Shown: positions 1 through 10,071, counted from the first letter of the stretch. The stretch: DNA of 43,518 bases from Promethearchaeota archaeon (GCA_016840085.1 JAEOTA010000075.1:1-43518); one strand, 5' to 3'. Made by a program: numbers and translations. The notes: a model not told the origin generated them from the letters alone.

Positions 1-78
1 ACGTGGAGAATTAGAGAGATAAATACTGGAAACATCGCTGAGTTTAAGAATAGAATTATGGGTTTAAAAAGAGCCTAA
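1..78 (+). CDS. 3' end of a gene entering the window (partial; ...TWRIREINTGNIAEFKNRIMGLKRA*)
   Basis: Frame +1 is open from base 1 to TAA at 76-78 and is followed by AT-rich intergenic DNA. Too short to assign a function. Confidence 0.4.
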   Translation, partial: TWRIREINTGNIAEFKNRIMGLKRA

Positions 79-191
79 TCAAATTTGTCGAGTGAGTGGG
101 TTTTGACATTTAAGAAAAAAAAGAAAATTTGTAGTTATTTAAAATTTTTATTTTTAAATTTAACAGTTAAGATTTTTACACTTTTAGACTA

Positions 192-1391
192 TTGAAAAGT
201 GCTATGATTTCTAACGATAAACATGAAAATGATGAGTTAAAGAAGCGAATATCTGAGATTATTAAAGATTATGATAACCAGGGGATTCATCGTACTGGTA
301 CTAAAGTCGATTTAAATAGTGCTCATTGGTTAGAAAAAGAAGTAAAAAGGATAGGATTGAACCCTTATCTCGATGAATTTACCATTAATCGTTTAGATAT
401 TATAGAAACTTCATTGAATATTGACAATAAAAAGATTGATGGAATACCACTTTTTGATTGCATTTTTCCCGATAATAAAATAATTATAGGAAAATTAGGT
501 TTTCTTAAAGAAAAGAATACAATCGGCATCGCACGGACAAATAATGATAGGTTTAGGCATCTTAAGGAATACAGAAGGAGTAATCAACATCTTGGTTTGG
601 TTTTTATTACTCAAGGATTAACTCCTGGACTTTCGCTTATAAATGCGGAAAATTTCAAAGAACCTTTCGGTCCTCCAACTTTGCAAATTTCAAGTGATTA
701 TTGGTCATGGACTAAGTCAAATGTTGGAAAAGAAGCTACTCTTACTTTTAAAACCAAACGAACTCCTACTAAAGCGTTTAATGTTAATGTTCGAATAAAA
801 GGGAAAAATTCAAATTTAGCTCCTTTGATTGTGATGACACCTCGTAGTGGATGGTGGAACTGTGCTTCTGAAAGAGGTGGAGGTATTGCAATTTTATTAG
901 AAATGATGCATAATTTTTATATTAATCCACCATATAGGGATGTTATTTTTCTAGCAAATTCTGGTCATGAATTAGGGCATCTTGGACTTAATCATTTTCT
1001 CAAAGAGAATCATAATTTAATCAAAAATGCTTCATGCTGGATACATCTTGGTGCAAATATATCAGCAAAATCTCAAAAAAAAAAAAATAATGTACCAACC
1101 CCTATTATTACTATTCAAACTTCAGATGAAGAACTTGAGAAATTAGCTCTCAAGTCAATGAAATTGGTTGAAGTTAAGCCCAGTTGGAAAATTCCAGGTA
1201 CAAAAAGACCTTATGGTGAAGCAAGAAATGTTTTTGATGGTAATGGTCGTTATTTTTCAATATTAGGACTCTTTAATCCTTTGTTTCATCACCCTGATGA
1301 TCGATGGCCATATGCAATAGATTTAAATAAAACGCTAAAATTAACAAAAGCTCTTATTGATATAGGAAATCGAGTAGCTAATAAAAATTAG
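192..1391 (+). CDS. Zn-exopeptidase (M28-like) fold protein with PA-like insert; canonical metal ligands altered
   Basis: HRTGT...SAHWL N-terminus, NVNVRIKG, VMTPRSGW, ASERGGG, FLANSGHELGHLG and FHHPDDRWP follow the M28 motif layout. The true start may be the ATG at 204. Confidence 0.6.
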   Translation: MKSAMISNDKHENDELKKRISEIIKDYDNQGIHRTGTKVDLNSAHWLEKEVKRIGLNPYLDEFTINRLDIIETSLNIDNKKIDGIPLFDCIFPDNKIIIGKLGFLKEKNTIGIARTNNDRFRHLKEYRRSNQHLGLVFITQGLTPGLSLINAENFKEPFGPPTLQISSDYWSWTKSNVGKEATLTFKTKRTPTKAFNVNVRIKGKNSNLAPLIVMTPRSGWWNCASERGGGIAILLEMMHNFYINPPYRDVIFLANSGHELGHLGLNHFLKENHNLIKNASCWIHLGANISAKSQKKKNNVPTPIITIQTSDEELEKLALKSMKLVEVKPSWKIPGTKRPYGEARNVFDGNGRYFSILGLFNPLFHHPDDRWPYAIDLNKTLKLTKALIDIGNRVANKN

Positions 1392-1409
1392 AAAATTAAA
1401 AAAAAAGAG

Positions 1410-3416
1410 TTATTTCTTTTTGGGCTTAAATACAATTGCTGGTTTCGCAATGTCAGAATAGAAGAAACCAGAAGTTTCTTGGATATCACCATATTTTGCT
1501 TTTAATTCCTCTATTGTTCCCGAATCAAGAGCACGTGCATAACAAGCCTCCACACAGATAGGTTGCTTCCCAACATCGAGTCGATCAACACAATAATTAC
1601 ACTTTTGCATTTTAGTTTTTTCTCCATTAGCAAACTGAGGTGCTGAATAAGGGCATACATCTTTGCATAAATGTCCTGCACAATTAAGGCATCTCTCAGC
1701 TTCCTTGATTGCTGCCTCTTCATTAAACCCTAAAGTTACTTCTTTGAAATTTGACACTCTCTCAGATGCAGACAGAAGTGGCATTGGTTGACGCGTTTTT
1801 TTCTCAGTTCCAGAAGGAATATCTACTATTATTTTAGAGGCTTCAATTATTGGGCTCTGTCTAACTCGAAGTACATCACCTTGAAGATAACGATGGATAT
1901 GAGAAGTAGCTTTTTGACCATCAGCAATAGCATCAATAATACTTGTTATTCCACTAAAACAATCTCCAGCAACAAATACGCCCTTACTGTCGAGCATTAA
2001 TGTCTCCGGATCTGCTGTTATAGTTCCCATTTTCCCGATCTTTATCCTACCTGAGTTAATAATATCAGGTACCTGACCAATCGCAAAAATTACTGTATCT
2101 GCTTCTAATATTTGCTCTTTATCATCAACAAGATCAAAATGGGCTTCTCCATCATCATCAAAAGTACATCCTGTGATCTCAAGGCATGCTACTCCACTAA
2201 TCTTTCCATTATTGCTAATGATCTTTGTAAAAGTACGTGAATCATAGATCTGAATTCCTTCCTCACGAGCTTGTTCAACTTCAAAAATATCAGCTGGCAT
2301 GTCATCACAACACTCAAGACATGTTACCCCTACTTCAGCAGCACCAAGACGACGGGCAGTACGAGCACAATCCATAGCAACATTCCCACCACCTATTACT
2401 AAAACTTTATTACCAATTTTAACTTCTTTTCCAAGGTTCACATCTCGCATAAATGAGGTTCCTACTAAAGTACCGTCTAAATCGGCACCGGGTATCTCTA
2501 ATTTTTTACCTTTATGAGCACCTATTGCTACTAATACCGCACCATATCCCTGTTTCAAAAGTTCATCTATACCTTTTCCAAAATCAATTTGAGTATTAGT
2601 TTTGATTTCTACACCAAGAGCTTTAATATAATCAATATCTCTATTTAGAATATCGCGTGGTAGACGGTGTTCTGGTATGCCTACAGATAGCATCCCTCCA
2701 ACTACAGATAATGCTTCAAAAATGGTAACACCATAACCTAATCTTATAAGGTCATAAGCAGCAGCTAATCCTGCTGGACCTGAGCCAATAATAGCTACTT
2801 CCTCTGATTGAGTTTGTGATACCTTTCTTGGAAGTTCTATAGGGACATTATCTGCTACAAAACCTTTAAGTGCTTCAATAGCAATTGCTTGATCCACTTC
2901 TTTTCGAGCGCATACTTCTTCACAAGGATGAAGGCAAACTCTCCCACATACTGAAGGTAAGGGCATTCTTCGTCTGATTAAGTCAAGAGCTTCCTTAAAC
3001 CTACCTTTAGCAATCAAAGCAGTATAAGCAGGAATAGGGAGATGAACCGGACAAGCTACTTGGCAAGGAGCTTGAAATTCACCATAATTGAGTTCAGAAC
3101 CCATAGATTCCTTGGATATTATACCACAAGGGTGTTCTTCACGACATTTATCCTTATCAACTATAACAATCCCATCTTCCTCTCTTTTTATTATTGCCTC
3201 ATTAGGACAGACGTAGGAGCATATTGGTTCTTCACAGTGATAACAGTTTGAGATAAGATAACTGGCAAAAATGTCTGGATATGGGCCTTCTTCTTGATAA
3301 AGAATTCTCATCCATGATGCTGAACCTGCTGGTTGATCATGCCAATCCTTGCATGCTACTCTACAAGCATGACAACCTGCACACCTTGTTTGATCAAAAT
3401 AAAATCCTACTTGCAT
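1410..3416 (-). CDS. DmsB-type ferredoxin with an inserted GltD-like FAD/NAD(P)-binding oxidoreductase module
   Basis: N-terminus QVGFYFDQTRCAGCHACRVACKDW and CYHCEEPICSYVCP (DmsB-like). Centre has PCQVACP, CGRVC, GSGPAG, GGGNVAMD, FAIGQ and AGD (GltD-like). C-terminus has EAERCLNC, CKDVCPY, KCNYC and PICVEAC. Confidence 0.9.
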   Translation of the reverse strand: MQVGFYFDQTRCAGCHACRVACKDWHDQPAGSASWMRILYQEEGPYPDIFASYLISNCYHCEEPICSYVCPNEAIIKREEDGIVIVDKDKCREEHPCGIISKESMGSELNYGEFQAPCQVACPVHLPIPAYTALIAKGRFKEALDLIRRRMPLPSVCGRVCLHPCEEVCARKEVDQAIAIEALKGFVADNVPIELPRKVSQTQSEEVAIIGSGPAGLAAAYDLIRLGYGVTIFEALSVVGGMLSVGIPEHRLPRDILNRDIDYIKALGVEIKTNTQIDFGKGIDELLKQGYGAVLVAIGAHKGKKLEIPGADLDGTLVGTSFMRDVNLGKEVKIGNKVLVIGGGNVAMDCARTARRLGAAEVGVTCLECCDDMPADIFEVEQAREEGIQIYDSRTFTKIISNNGKISGVACLEITGCTFDDDGEAHFDLVDDKEQILEADTVIFAIGQVPDIINSGRIKIGKMGTITADPETLMLDSKGVFVAGDCFSGITSIIDAIADGQKATSHIHRYLQGDVLRVRQSPIIEASKIIVDIPSGTEKKTRQPMPLLSASERVSNFKEVTLGFNEEAAIKEAERCLNCAGHLCKDVCPYSAPQFANGEKTKMQKCNYCVDRLDVGKQPICVEACYARALDSGTIEELKAKYGDIQETSGFFYSDIAKPAIVFKPKKK

Positions 3417-3418
3417 AC

Positions 3419-5743
3419 TTAAGCCCCTCCTTTTTCAAATTTTACTTCAACTAAACACGTTTTTAACGCTGCAGCTCCACCTTCACTCATCTCATCTTTA
3501 GTTAGTGTATTTGCACAACCACCTCTGTCAATACCTTCCTCATCAGGACTATACCATGCTCCTTCTGGCATTGCAACTACTCCAGGGATAATTCTTTTTG
3601 TTACCCAAGCAGGGACAGCAATAGTTCCACGATCATTGTATACTAGAACAATATCTCCGTTTCTAACACCTCTCGGTTCTGCATCGATTGGATTAATCCA
3701 TAATCTATGTAATCCTAGTTCTTGTAACCACTCAATCTTTTGCAATTCAGAATGGACTGAATGTCGTGGATGAAAACTAAGGAATTGTAGGGGATATTTT
3801 TCAGCTAGAGGATCATCACGATTCTCCCATGTTGGAATGTATGCTGCAATAGGTGGACATAGTGGATTATTCCAACTTGCGATTTGATCTGAATAAATTT
3901 CTATTTTTTTTGATGGTGTTGGAAAGGGATTGTTCTCAAAATCTTCTATATTCTTTTGAAATGCAACATAAGGTTCCTTTAGTTCGACTCTATGAACACT
4001 ATCTCTTTTATATTTATCATAATCTTTTACATGTTGTCTTACATCTGCTGCTACTACAGAAAAGACACGTAAAAACTTATCATTGACATTATCATATTGC
4101 TCTACAGCCGTTTTCACAGATTTTCTCATAGAATTTAAAAATCCTTCAAGAACATGCTCTCTCCCAAAATTTTCTATACCAAGCCTTTCAGCTAATTCTT
4201 CAGCGATAGTCAGATCATCTTTACATTCACCCATCGGCTCAATTGCTTTATTCATATGGGTGAAATAAGGTCCAGATGGCCAAGGTCTTGTGAGATCGCT
4301 CCTTGCAGCAAAACTTGTTGCAGGAAGAACGATATCTGCATACTGAGCAGTGGGCGTTAGCCACAATTCAGGTACAACAGTAAATAAATCTTCTCTTTGC
4401 ATAGCCTTTCTAGATTTATTAACATTTCCTATTTGGTTAACAAAATCACATTGTACAAACCAGGCAAATTTTATGTCAGCAGGATATCCACCTGATTTTC
4501 CTTTAAGGATTCCATCAAAAATCTTATTAACATGGATTCTAGTATCCAAACGGTCTCTAGGATTGATATTTCCCCTTAAAGATTTACCCTTTGGGTATGC
4601 TTTATTAATTCCTGGAGGAATTGCAATACTCCTGAACATATGACCATATGGGATTCCATGGAGCCCTCCACAAGCGCTTCCCCCATGTTTTCCAATATTT
4701 CCAGTCATAGCAGAAAGTGTGATAGCTGCACGGTTGTATTGTCCTCCCATGTACGATCTAGCAGGGCCTTGAGCATCTTCCAATGCAGCAGGTTTAGTTG
4801 TTGCATACTCACGAGCTAATGCTTCAATAATTGAAGCATTCACACCACATATTTTTTCAGCCCACTCTGGTGTTTTTGGAATTCCATCTTCTTCACCCAT
4901 AACATATGTTTTATATTTATCAAATCCATGAGTATATTTATCGAGGAACTCTTGATCCTGAAGATTTTCCTTAATCAATACATATGCCATCGCAGCCATC
5001 ATTGCAACATCTGTTCCGGGTATTATAGGAATCCACTGATCTGCTAAAATTAAGGCGGAATCTGAATATCTAGGATCTACTACTATTATTTTCGCTCCGT
5101 TTTCTTTTGCTTTTATTAGCCACCAAAGTGTATTTGTCCCCCCTATCATACGTGCAGGGTCAAAACCCCAAAGAATTATTAATTTTGAGTTCATCCAATC
5201 ATCACGGCTATGTCCTACGAAAATCTGTCCAAATCCATATGAAGCTTGAGTACCGAAGATAGCTCCTTGCGAGGAAATGTTCCCATATGAAGTTGTAAAT
5301 CCCCCTAATGAATTAAATAGCCTTGCATATGCAACAGCAGGAAGATGCAATGCTCCAAAATAACCTCCATTGCTTATAGCCAAAATACTTTGATTCCCAT
5401 ATTTTTCTATGACTTCTTTAATTTTAGTTACGATAATATCATAAGCTTCATCCCAAGATATCCTTTCGAATTTTCCCGATCCTTTAGGTCCAGCCCTTTT
5501 TAATGGATATTTCAATCTATCAGGATGATAAAGATATCCTCTCAATGATCTGCATCTTAGACATGCTCTAAGTTGTTTATCAGGATCTGCTGTATCATCA
5601 CCTTCAATGCGTATAATTTTTCCATCCTTGACATGGAACCTTAAGGGACACCGACCTCCACAATCAAATGCAGAAGTAGTTCTTACAATTTTTACTCCTT
5701 TGTCATCTATATTCTCTTCTTGATTTACCATATGATCTACCAA
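3419..5743 (-). CDS. DMSO reductase family molybdopterin oxidoreductase catalytic subunit (DmsA-like, predicted Ser ligand, no Tat signal)
   Basis: FDCGGRCP, HPDRLKYPLKR, GKFERISWDEA, YGNISS (DmsA YGDYSS equivalent), PGTDVAMM, TPTAQYADIVLPA, WINPIDA, NDRG and EGAWY. The likely start is the ATG at 5731. Confidence 0.92.
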   Translation of the reverse strand: MVDHMVNQEENIDDKGVKIVRTTSAFDCGGRCPLRFHVKDGKIIRIEGDDTADPDKQLRACLRCRSLRGYLYHPDRLKYPLKRAGPKGSGKFERISWDEAYDIIVTKIKEVIEKYGNQSILAISNGGYFGALHLPAVAYARLFNSLGGFTTSYGNISSQGAIFGTQASYGFGQIFVGHSRDDWMNSKLIILWGFDPARMIGGTNTLWWLIKAKENGAKIIVVDPRYSDSALILADQWIPIIPGTDVAMMAAMAYVLIKENLQDQEFLDKYTHGFDKYKTYVMGEEDGIPKTPEWAEKICGVNASIIEALAREYATTKPAALEDAQGPARSYMGGQYNRAAITLSAMTGNIGKHGGSACGGLHGIPYGHMFRSIAIPPGINKAYPKGKSLRGNINPRDRLDTRIHVNKIFDGILKGKSGGYPADIKFAWFVQCDFVNQIGNVNKSRKAMQREDLFTVVPELWLTPTAQYADIVLPATSFAARSDLTRPWPSGPYFTHMNKAIEPMGECKDDLTIAEELAERLGIENFGREHVLEGFLNSMRKSVKTAVEQYDNVNDKFLRVFSVVAADVRQHVKDYDKYKRDSVHRVELKEPYVAFQKNIEDFENNPFPTPSKKIEIYSDQIASWNNPLCPPIAAYIPTWENRDDPLAEKYPLQFLSFHPRHSVHSELQKIEWLQELGLHRLWINPIDAEPRGVRNGDIVLVYNDRGTIAVPAWVTKRIIPGVVAMPEGAWYSPDEEGIDRGGCANTLTKDEMSEGGAAALKTCLVEVKFEKGGA

Positions 5744-5894
5744 TAGATTATTGATAATTTTATATTTTTTTAAAAATAATTTTAATGTATGAAAATTTAT
5801 AGTTTATTAAAGTTATTCTAGAATCCTTCAGTTATTAACTTTAAAGAAATCAATTTAAGCTAGATTTTATAAAAAAAAGATGTGAAGCTAATCC

Positions 5895-7052
5895 CTAATA
5901 TATATCTCCATAATCTTGTATCGCTTTAAAGAGAGCAATTATATTTTCTGGGGGGTGATCCAATAAGAAATTTGTTGGACCAGGAATGTATCCTCCCTTT
6001 TTTCCTAAAGTGAGAATATCATTTTTAATTGAATTTCTAATATATTCAGGAGTTTCATATTTCAGCATTTCTGAATCATCCACAGTTCCAATTAGGCTAA
6101 TTTCTGGATATTTTTCTCTATACATTTTTAAATCATTATTTTTAGGCTTCAATGATTCTACTCCGTCGATGCCTATCTCAACAAAATCTGGGAAAATCTC
6201 ACCTATATTTCCACAACTATGGATAACAAATTTAGCACCTCCATCATGGGCAATTTTTACATATTCTGATAAGGTTGGTTTAATAAATTTCCGCCATTGC
6301 TTTACATTCATTTGTAAACCCGCATTAAATCCATAATCATCTCCACACATAACGACATCAGGTTTTTGTTTCATTAATAACTGAAGTGAGGGTTCTTCAA
6401 ATGTTTCCCATTGAAAATCTATATGTTGTTTAAGAAATCCTGGTTCTTTCCTAGCAAAACGAGCAAAATTCGCAAGTCCAATTCCAAAAACACAATTTTC
6501 AAATGGTCCACTTATTCCCTGAGACACTACAATATCATATTTTTCCAACATGGTCTTTCGTATTCTTGACAAATTTCGGAAACCACTAGTATTTGGTTTT
6601 AATTCTTTTTCTTTTTCCCAATATTCTTCAATATGTTCCTTTTTTAATAGTGCAGGACCAGTATACCACAGATGAGGTATTCCATCTTCTTTTATAACCG
6701 CATCATATGTGCCTCCTGATTGAAGTAATATTTTGTTAGTAAAATCTAATTGTATTAAGCCTCCTCCAGCAATACTCCAACACATATCGATTTTAGCATC
6801 AATTCCTCCAGGTAAAATTTCTGGAGGCGAAAATTTAGCTACTATTGAATGAATAAAGGGTATCATAGAGGAAACTCTATCCTTATCTAATTGTTCCATA
6901 TCTTCTTCTGTAAGCTTATAAGGCGAATTCATAAATCGATATACAAAATCGCAATCACCACCTAAGATAAAGCTAGGGACGCGATCTGGAATTTTTCCCT
7001 CCAAGACCGTTAAAACTCTTTCAAGAGCAGACATTTTTTGAATTTTAGTCAT
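5895..7052 (-). CDS. Uroporphyrinogen decarboxylase / MtaA-CmuA methyltransferase family protein
   Basis: MSALERVLTVLEGKIPDRVP N-terminus, GDDYG, HSCGN, IGIDG and GGYI; TIM-barrel URO-D family pattern. Confidence 0.85.
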   Translation of the reverse strand: MTKIQKMSALERVLTVLEGKIPDRVPSFILGGDCDFVYRFMNSPYKLTEEDMEQLDKDRVSSMIPFIHSIVAKFSPPEILPGGIDAKIDMCWSIAGGGLIQLDFTNKILLQSGGTYDAVIKEDGIPHLWYTGPALLKKEHIEEYWEKEKELKPNTSGFRNLSRIRKTMLEKYDIVVSQGISGPFENCVFGIGLANFARFARKEPGFLKQHIDFQWETFEEPSLQLLMKQKPDVVMCGDDYGFNAGLQMNVKQWRKFIKPTLSEYVKIAHDGGAKFVIHSCGNIGEIFPDFVEIGIDGVESLKPKNNDLKMYREKYPEISLIGTVDDSEMLKYETPEYIRNSIKNDILTLGKKGGYIPGPTNFLLDHPPENIIALFKAIQDYGDIY

Positions 7053-7069
7053 TTTAAACCACCCGCATT

Positions 7070-7426
7070 TTAAGATAAATTTCTAAGCAAAATCCTAAAT
7101 ATAAGTCCTTCATTTTTCATCTTTACTTTTCCCTCATCTATCCCTTTCTTTAAAGCTGCAGGTCCTCCAAAAATATAACTCTGAGGTGTTGCTAAATAAC
7201 TATCACAATTTAAATTGTCTAATTCCGTGATTTCGTTTATATCCTCTAATTTTTCCATTTCAAAGGTTCCATTATCAATTTTGACTAATACAGCTGGAGG
7301 TTGATCAGTTATATATACTATAAATATAGTGTTATCTGGAAAATCTCTTTTTAATTTCCCGAATATCTGCCTTCTCCATAGACCCGAATAAATTAAAGCA
7401 GGAATACCTCTAAACTTTGCACACAC
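7070..7426 (-). CDS. SCP2 sterol/lipid-binding-domain-like protein
   Basis: 118 aa with GTG start. VLVKIDNG strand-turn and C-terminal GKVKMK resemble the SCP2 fold. It lies 7 bp downstream of a crotonase gene. Confidence 0.55.
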   Translation of the reverse strand: MCAKFRGIPALIYSGLWRRQIFGKLKRDFPDNTIFIVYITDQPPAVLVKIDNGTFEMEKLEDINEITELDNLNCDSYLATPQSYIFGGPAALKKGIDEGKVKMKNEGLIFRILLRNLS

Positions 7427-7433
7427 GTTAATA

Positions 7434-8270
7434 TCACTCTAAAGGAAAAAACTTGGGTAAATCTCCAGGTACTTTCAATTTCCATTTGGGTCTTCTTTTT
7501 TGAAGAAAAGATATTACTCCTTCACGCGCATCTGGTTGTAAACCTGTCCAGCCAAAATATTGGTGATTTATCATCTCTGCCTTATCTACATCTGTTTCAG
7601 TAAGAAATTGATATAACATTCTCTTTGTAAGAGATACACTCACAGGCGCACTTAATAATATCTCATCAGCTATTTCTCGGGCGGTATCCATTAATTTATC
7701 ATCAGGGACTACTCGACTAACAAGCCCATACTCTAAAGATTCTTGAGCATTTAAGATTCTACCAGTATACATTAATTCAGCAGCACGACTAATTCCAATA
7801 ATACGAGGTAAAATCCAAGGACAAGCAATTTCAGGTATAACACCTCGTCGATTAAATACAATTCCTATACGTGCACTCTCGGAAGCAATTCGTATATCAA
7901 AAGGTAGAATAAATGTGACACCAACTCCTACGGTAGGACCATTAATTGCTACTATTACAGGTTTCATTAACGAAAAGTACCGTTTAATTGCACTTCCTTG
8001 ACGCCTAGCTCTTTGTTCTTGCTCTTCACGTGGTAGATTAGAACCATCAAATGTTGTAGCACCACCCGATAAATCAGCACCAGCACAAAATCCTCTTCCT
8101 GCACCAGTTATTATTGTAACCCGTAGGTTGGGATCCTCTTCAACTTTCATAAGTGCATCCCAGAGTTCTGCTCCCATCTGCCATGTCCAAGCATTCAAAC
8201 GTTTTGGTCTGTTTAAAGTAATTGTCGCGATTTTATCTAAAGGTTCAAAAATAATTTGTTCATATTCCAT
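7434..8270 (-). CDS. Enoyl-CoA hydratase/isomerase (crotonase) family protein
   Basis: ITLNRPKRLNA, TGAGRGFCAGADL, KPVIVAINGPTVGVG, DIRIAS and EGVISFLQKRRP. Confidence 0.93.
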   Translation of the reverse strand: MEYEQIIFEPLDKIATITLNRPKRLNAWTWQMGAELWDALMKVEEDPNLRVTIITGAGRGFCAGADLSGGATTFDGSNLPREEQEQRARRQGSAIKRYFSLMKPVIVAINGPTVGVGVTFILPFDIRIASESARIGIVFNRRGVIPEIACPWILPRIIGISRAAELMYTGRILNAQESLEYGLVSRVVPDDKLMDTAREIADEILLSAPVSVSLTKRMLYQFLTETDVDKAEMINHQYFGWTGLQPDAREGVISFLQKRRPKWKLKVPGDLPKFFPLE

Positions 8271-8376
8271 ATTTACAAATGCCTCCTTTTTTAAAAAAAA
8301 ATAAAAAAATTTTTTTTAAATTTAAATAATGTTATCTTTTCTTTTTGATAAATCTGTTGTATTAATTTTGTGGTTT

Positions 8377-9132
8377 TTATTCTCTAGGTGGTCTACCAGG
8401 CATAAATCTATAGTATCTATTCATTTGACCATAGTAATCGAATAATGCATCAATACCTCGTATTTTGAGAGCAGTATTAAGGCATATTTTATTATGTAAA
8501 GCCCCCTCGGCGGGTATTTTGGCGATTTCAGTGGCTAATTTATTCACTTCTTCTTCGAGTTTATCTCGAGGAACACTTATACTCACAAGTCCCATTTCTG
8601 CTGCTTCTTTTCCCGAAATTCTTCGTCCACTCATCAAAAGATATCGTGCTTTTTTAACGCCTAAGTAAAATTGCCAAAGAGGCATACTTTGAGATCCACC
8701 CCATAACTGAGCGGGATGTCCTAATACTGCATCATCTGCTGCAACTGAGATATCACAGATAAGCTGAAGGTAACATCCCGCATCAGTACAATAACCATGA
8801 ATTTGAGCAATAGTTGGCTTTGGAAAATTAAATATGCGTGGATATTTCGCATATATCTTTTTATTTAATATCTCATACGAATTTTTATATTTCCAACCTC
8901 CCTCAGGAGGTGTTAAATAGTAGGATCCCTTAAGGTCAAAACCAGAACAAAAACTCTTACCGGCACCTTTTAACACAATTACATTTACGCTTTTATCTGC
9001 CTCTGCATGATCAAAAACGGCATCAATATCATCAAGCAGTTGATAACTTAATGCATTATGCTTTTCAGGTCTATTTAATGTAATATAACCAATTTTATTT
9101 TTACTTTCATAAAGAACGGTTTCAAATTCCAT
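8377..9132 (-). CDS. Enoyl-CoA hydratase/isomerase (crotonase) family protein
   Basis: ITLNRPEKHNAL, GAGKSFCSGFDL, PKPTIAQIHGYC and CDISVAA. AAGGTGA RBS 4 nt upstream. Confidence 0.92.
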   Translation of the reverse strand: MEFETVLYESKNKIGYITLNRPEKHNALSYQLLDDIDAVFDHAEADKSVNVIVLKGAGKSFCSGFDLKGSYYLTPPEGGWKYKNSYEILNKKIYAKYPRIFNFPKPTIAQIHGYCTDAGCYLQLICDISVAADDAVLGHPAQLWGGSQSMPLWQFYLGVKKARYLLMSGRRISGKEAAEMGLVSISVPRDKLEEEVNKLATEIAKIPAEGALHNKICLNTALKIRGIDALFDYYGQMNRYYRFMPGRPPRE

Positions 9133-9411
9133 CTTTTCACCTTATTATTTTTTTTGTTATTAACTGATTTTATCTCCCAAAATATTTAAAAGTTTAATTC
9201 TAATTTTTTTTAAAATTTTTTAATGACGAACATGAAAAGCTGAGATTATGTCTCGGTATTAAGTATAACTATTAAAGCTTTTTCTGAAAAATCATTTTTA
9301 AACACAGATCAGAAAAGTGTTGAACCTATACTATCTAAAGATGCGAAGTCAATAATTAAATAGATTTTTTAATTGGAAACTATTAAATAAAGAATATTAG
9401 ATAAAAATATA

Positions 9412-10071
9412 ATGACTGACTTAAACGATAATTTTAAGGATACTCTTAAACCCACATTTTTCATGGACTATGAACACCCCTTAATTCAGGAAAAAGTAAG
9501 AGAATTAACCCATGGTATTCCTGAAAAGGATGATATTAGCAAAGCTGTAAAACTTTTTTATTTTGTCAGAGATAAGATAAAATATTCAGTTAAAAATGCC
9601 CGTGAATCTTATAATAAAGAAAATTGGAAATCAAGTTTAACCCTTAAAAGGGGTTTCGGATTCTGCATTCCAAAATCAATACTATTAGTTTCATTAGCTA
9701 GAGCTGTTGGAATACCTTCTAAGCTTCATTATGTTGACATTGTAAATCACATGACTTCGGAAAGACTTAAAAAAGATATGGGTTCAAACCTTTTCATCTT
9801 TCATGGATTTGTTGAACTATATTTAAATGGAAAATGGGTAGAAGCTAATTGTGCTTTTGATAAAGAGCTGTGTATGAGAAAAAACTTTCCGTGGGTTGAT
9901 TTTAATGGAATAAAGGATGGACTTTTTGCGAGCACAAATAAAGACGGAAAACCATTTGTAGAATACATTAAGGATCGTGGGATTTATAATGACGCCCCAC
10001 ATCAAAAAATTATGCAAACCTGGGCTAAAGAATATCCAAAGCGTTATAATAACAACGGAAAACCTATATAA
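9412..10071 (+). CDS. Transglutaminase-like cysteine protease family protein
   Basis: LFYFVRDKIKY, GFCIPKS (catalytic Cys), ARAVGIPS and HGFVELYLNGKWV. Confidence 0.88.
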   Translation: MTDLNDNFKDTLKPTFFMDYEHPLIQEKVRELTHGIPEKDDISKAVKLFYFVRDKIKYSVKNARESYNKENWKSSLTLKRGFGFCIPKSILLVSLARAVGIPSKLHYVDIVNHMTSERLKKDMGSNLFIFHGFVELYLNGKWVEANCAFDKELCMRKNFPWVDFNGIKDGLFASTNKDGKPFVEYIKDRGIYNDAPHQKIMQTWAKEYPKRYNNNGKPI

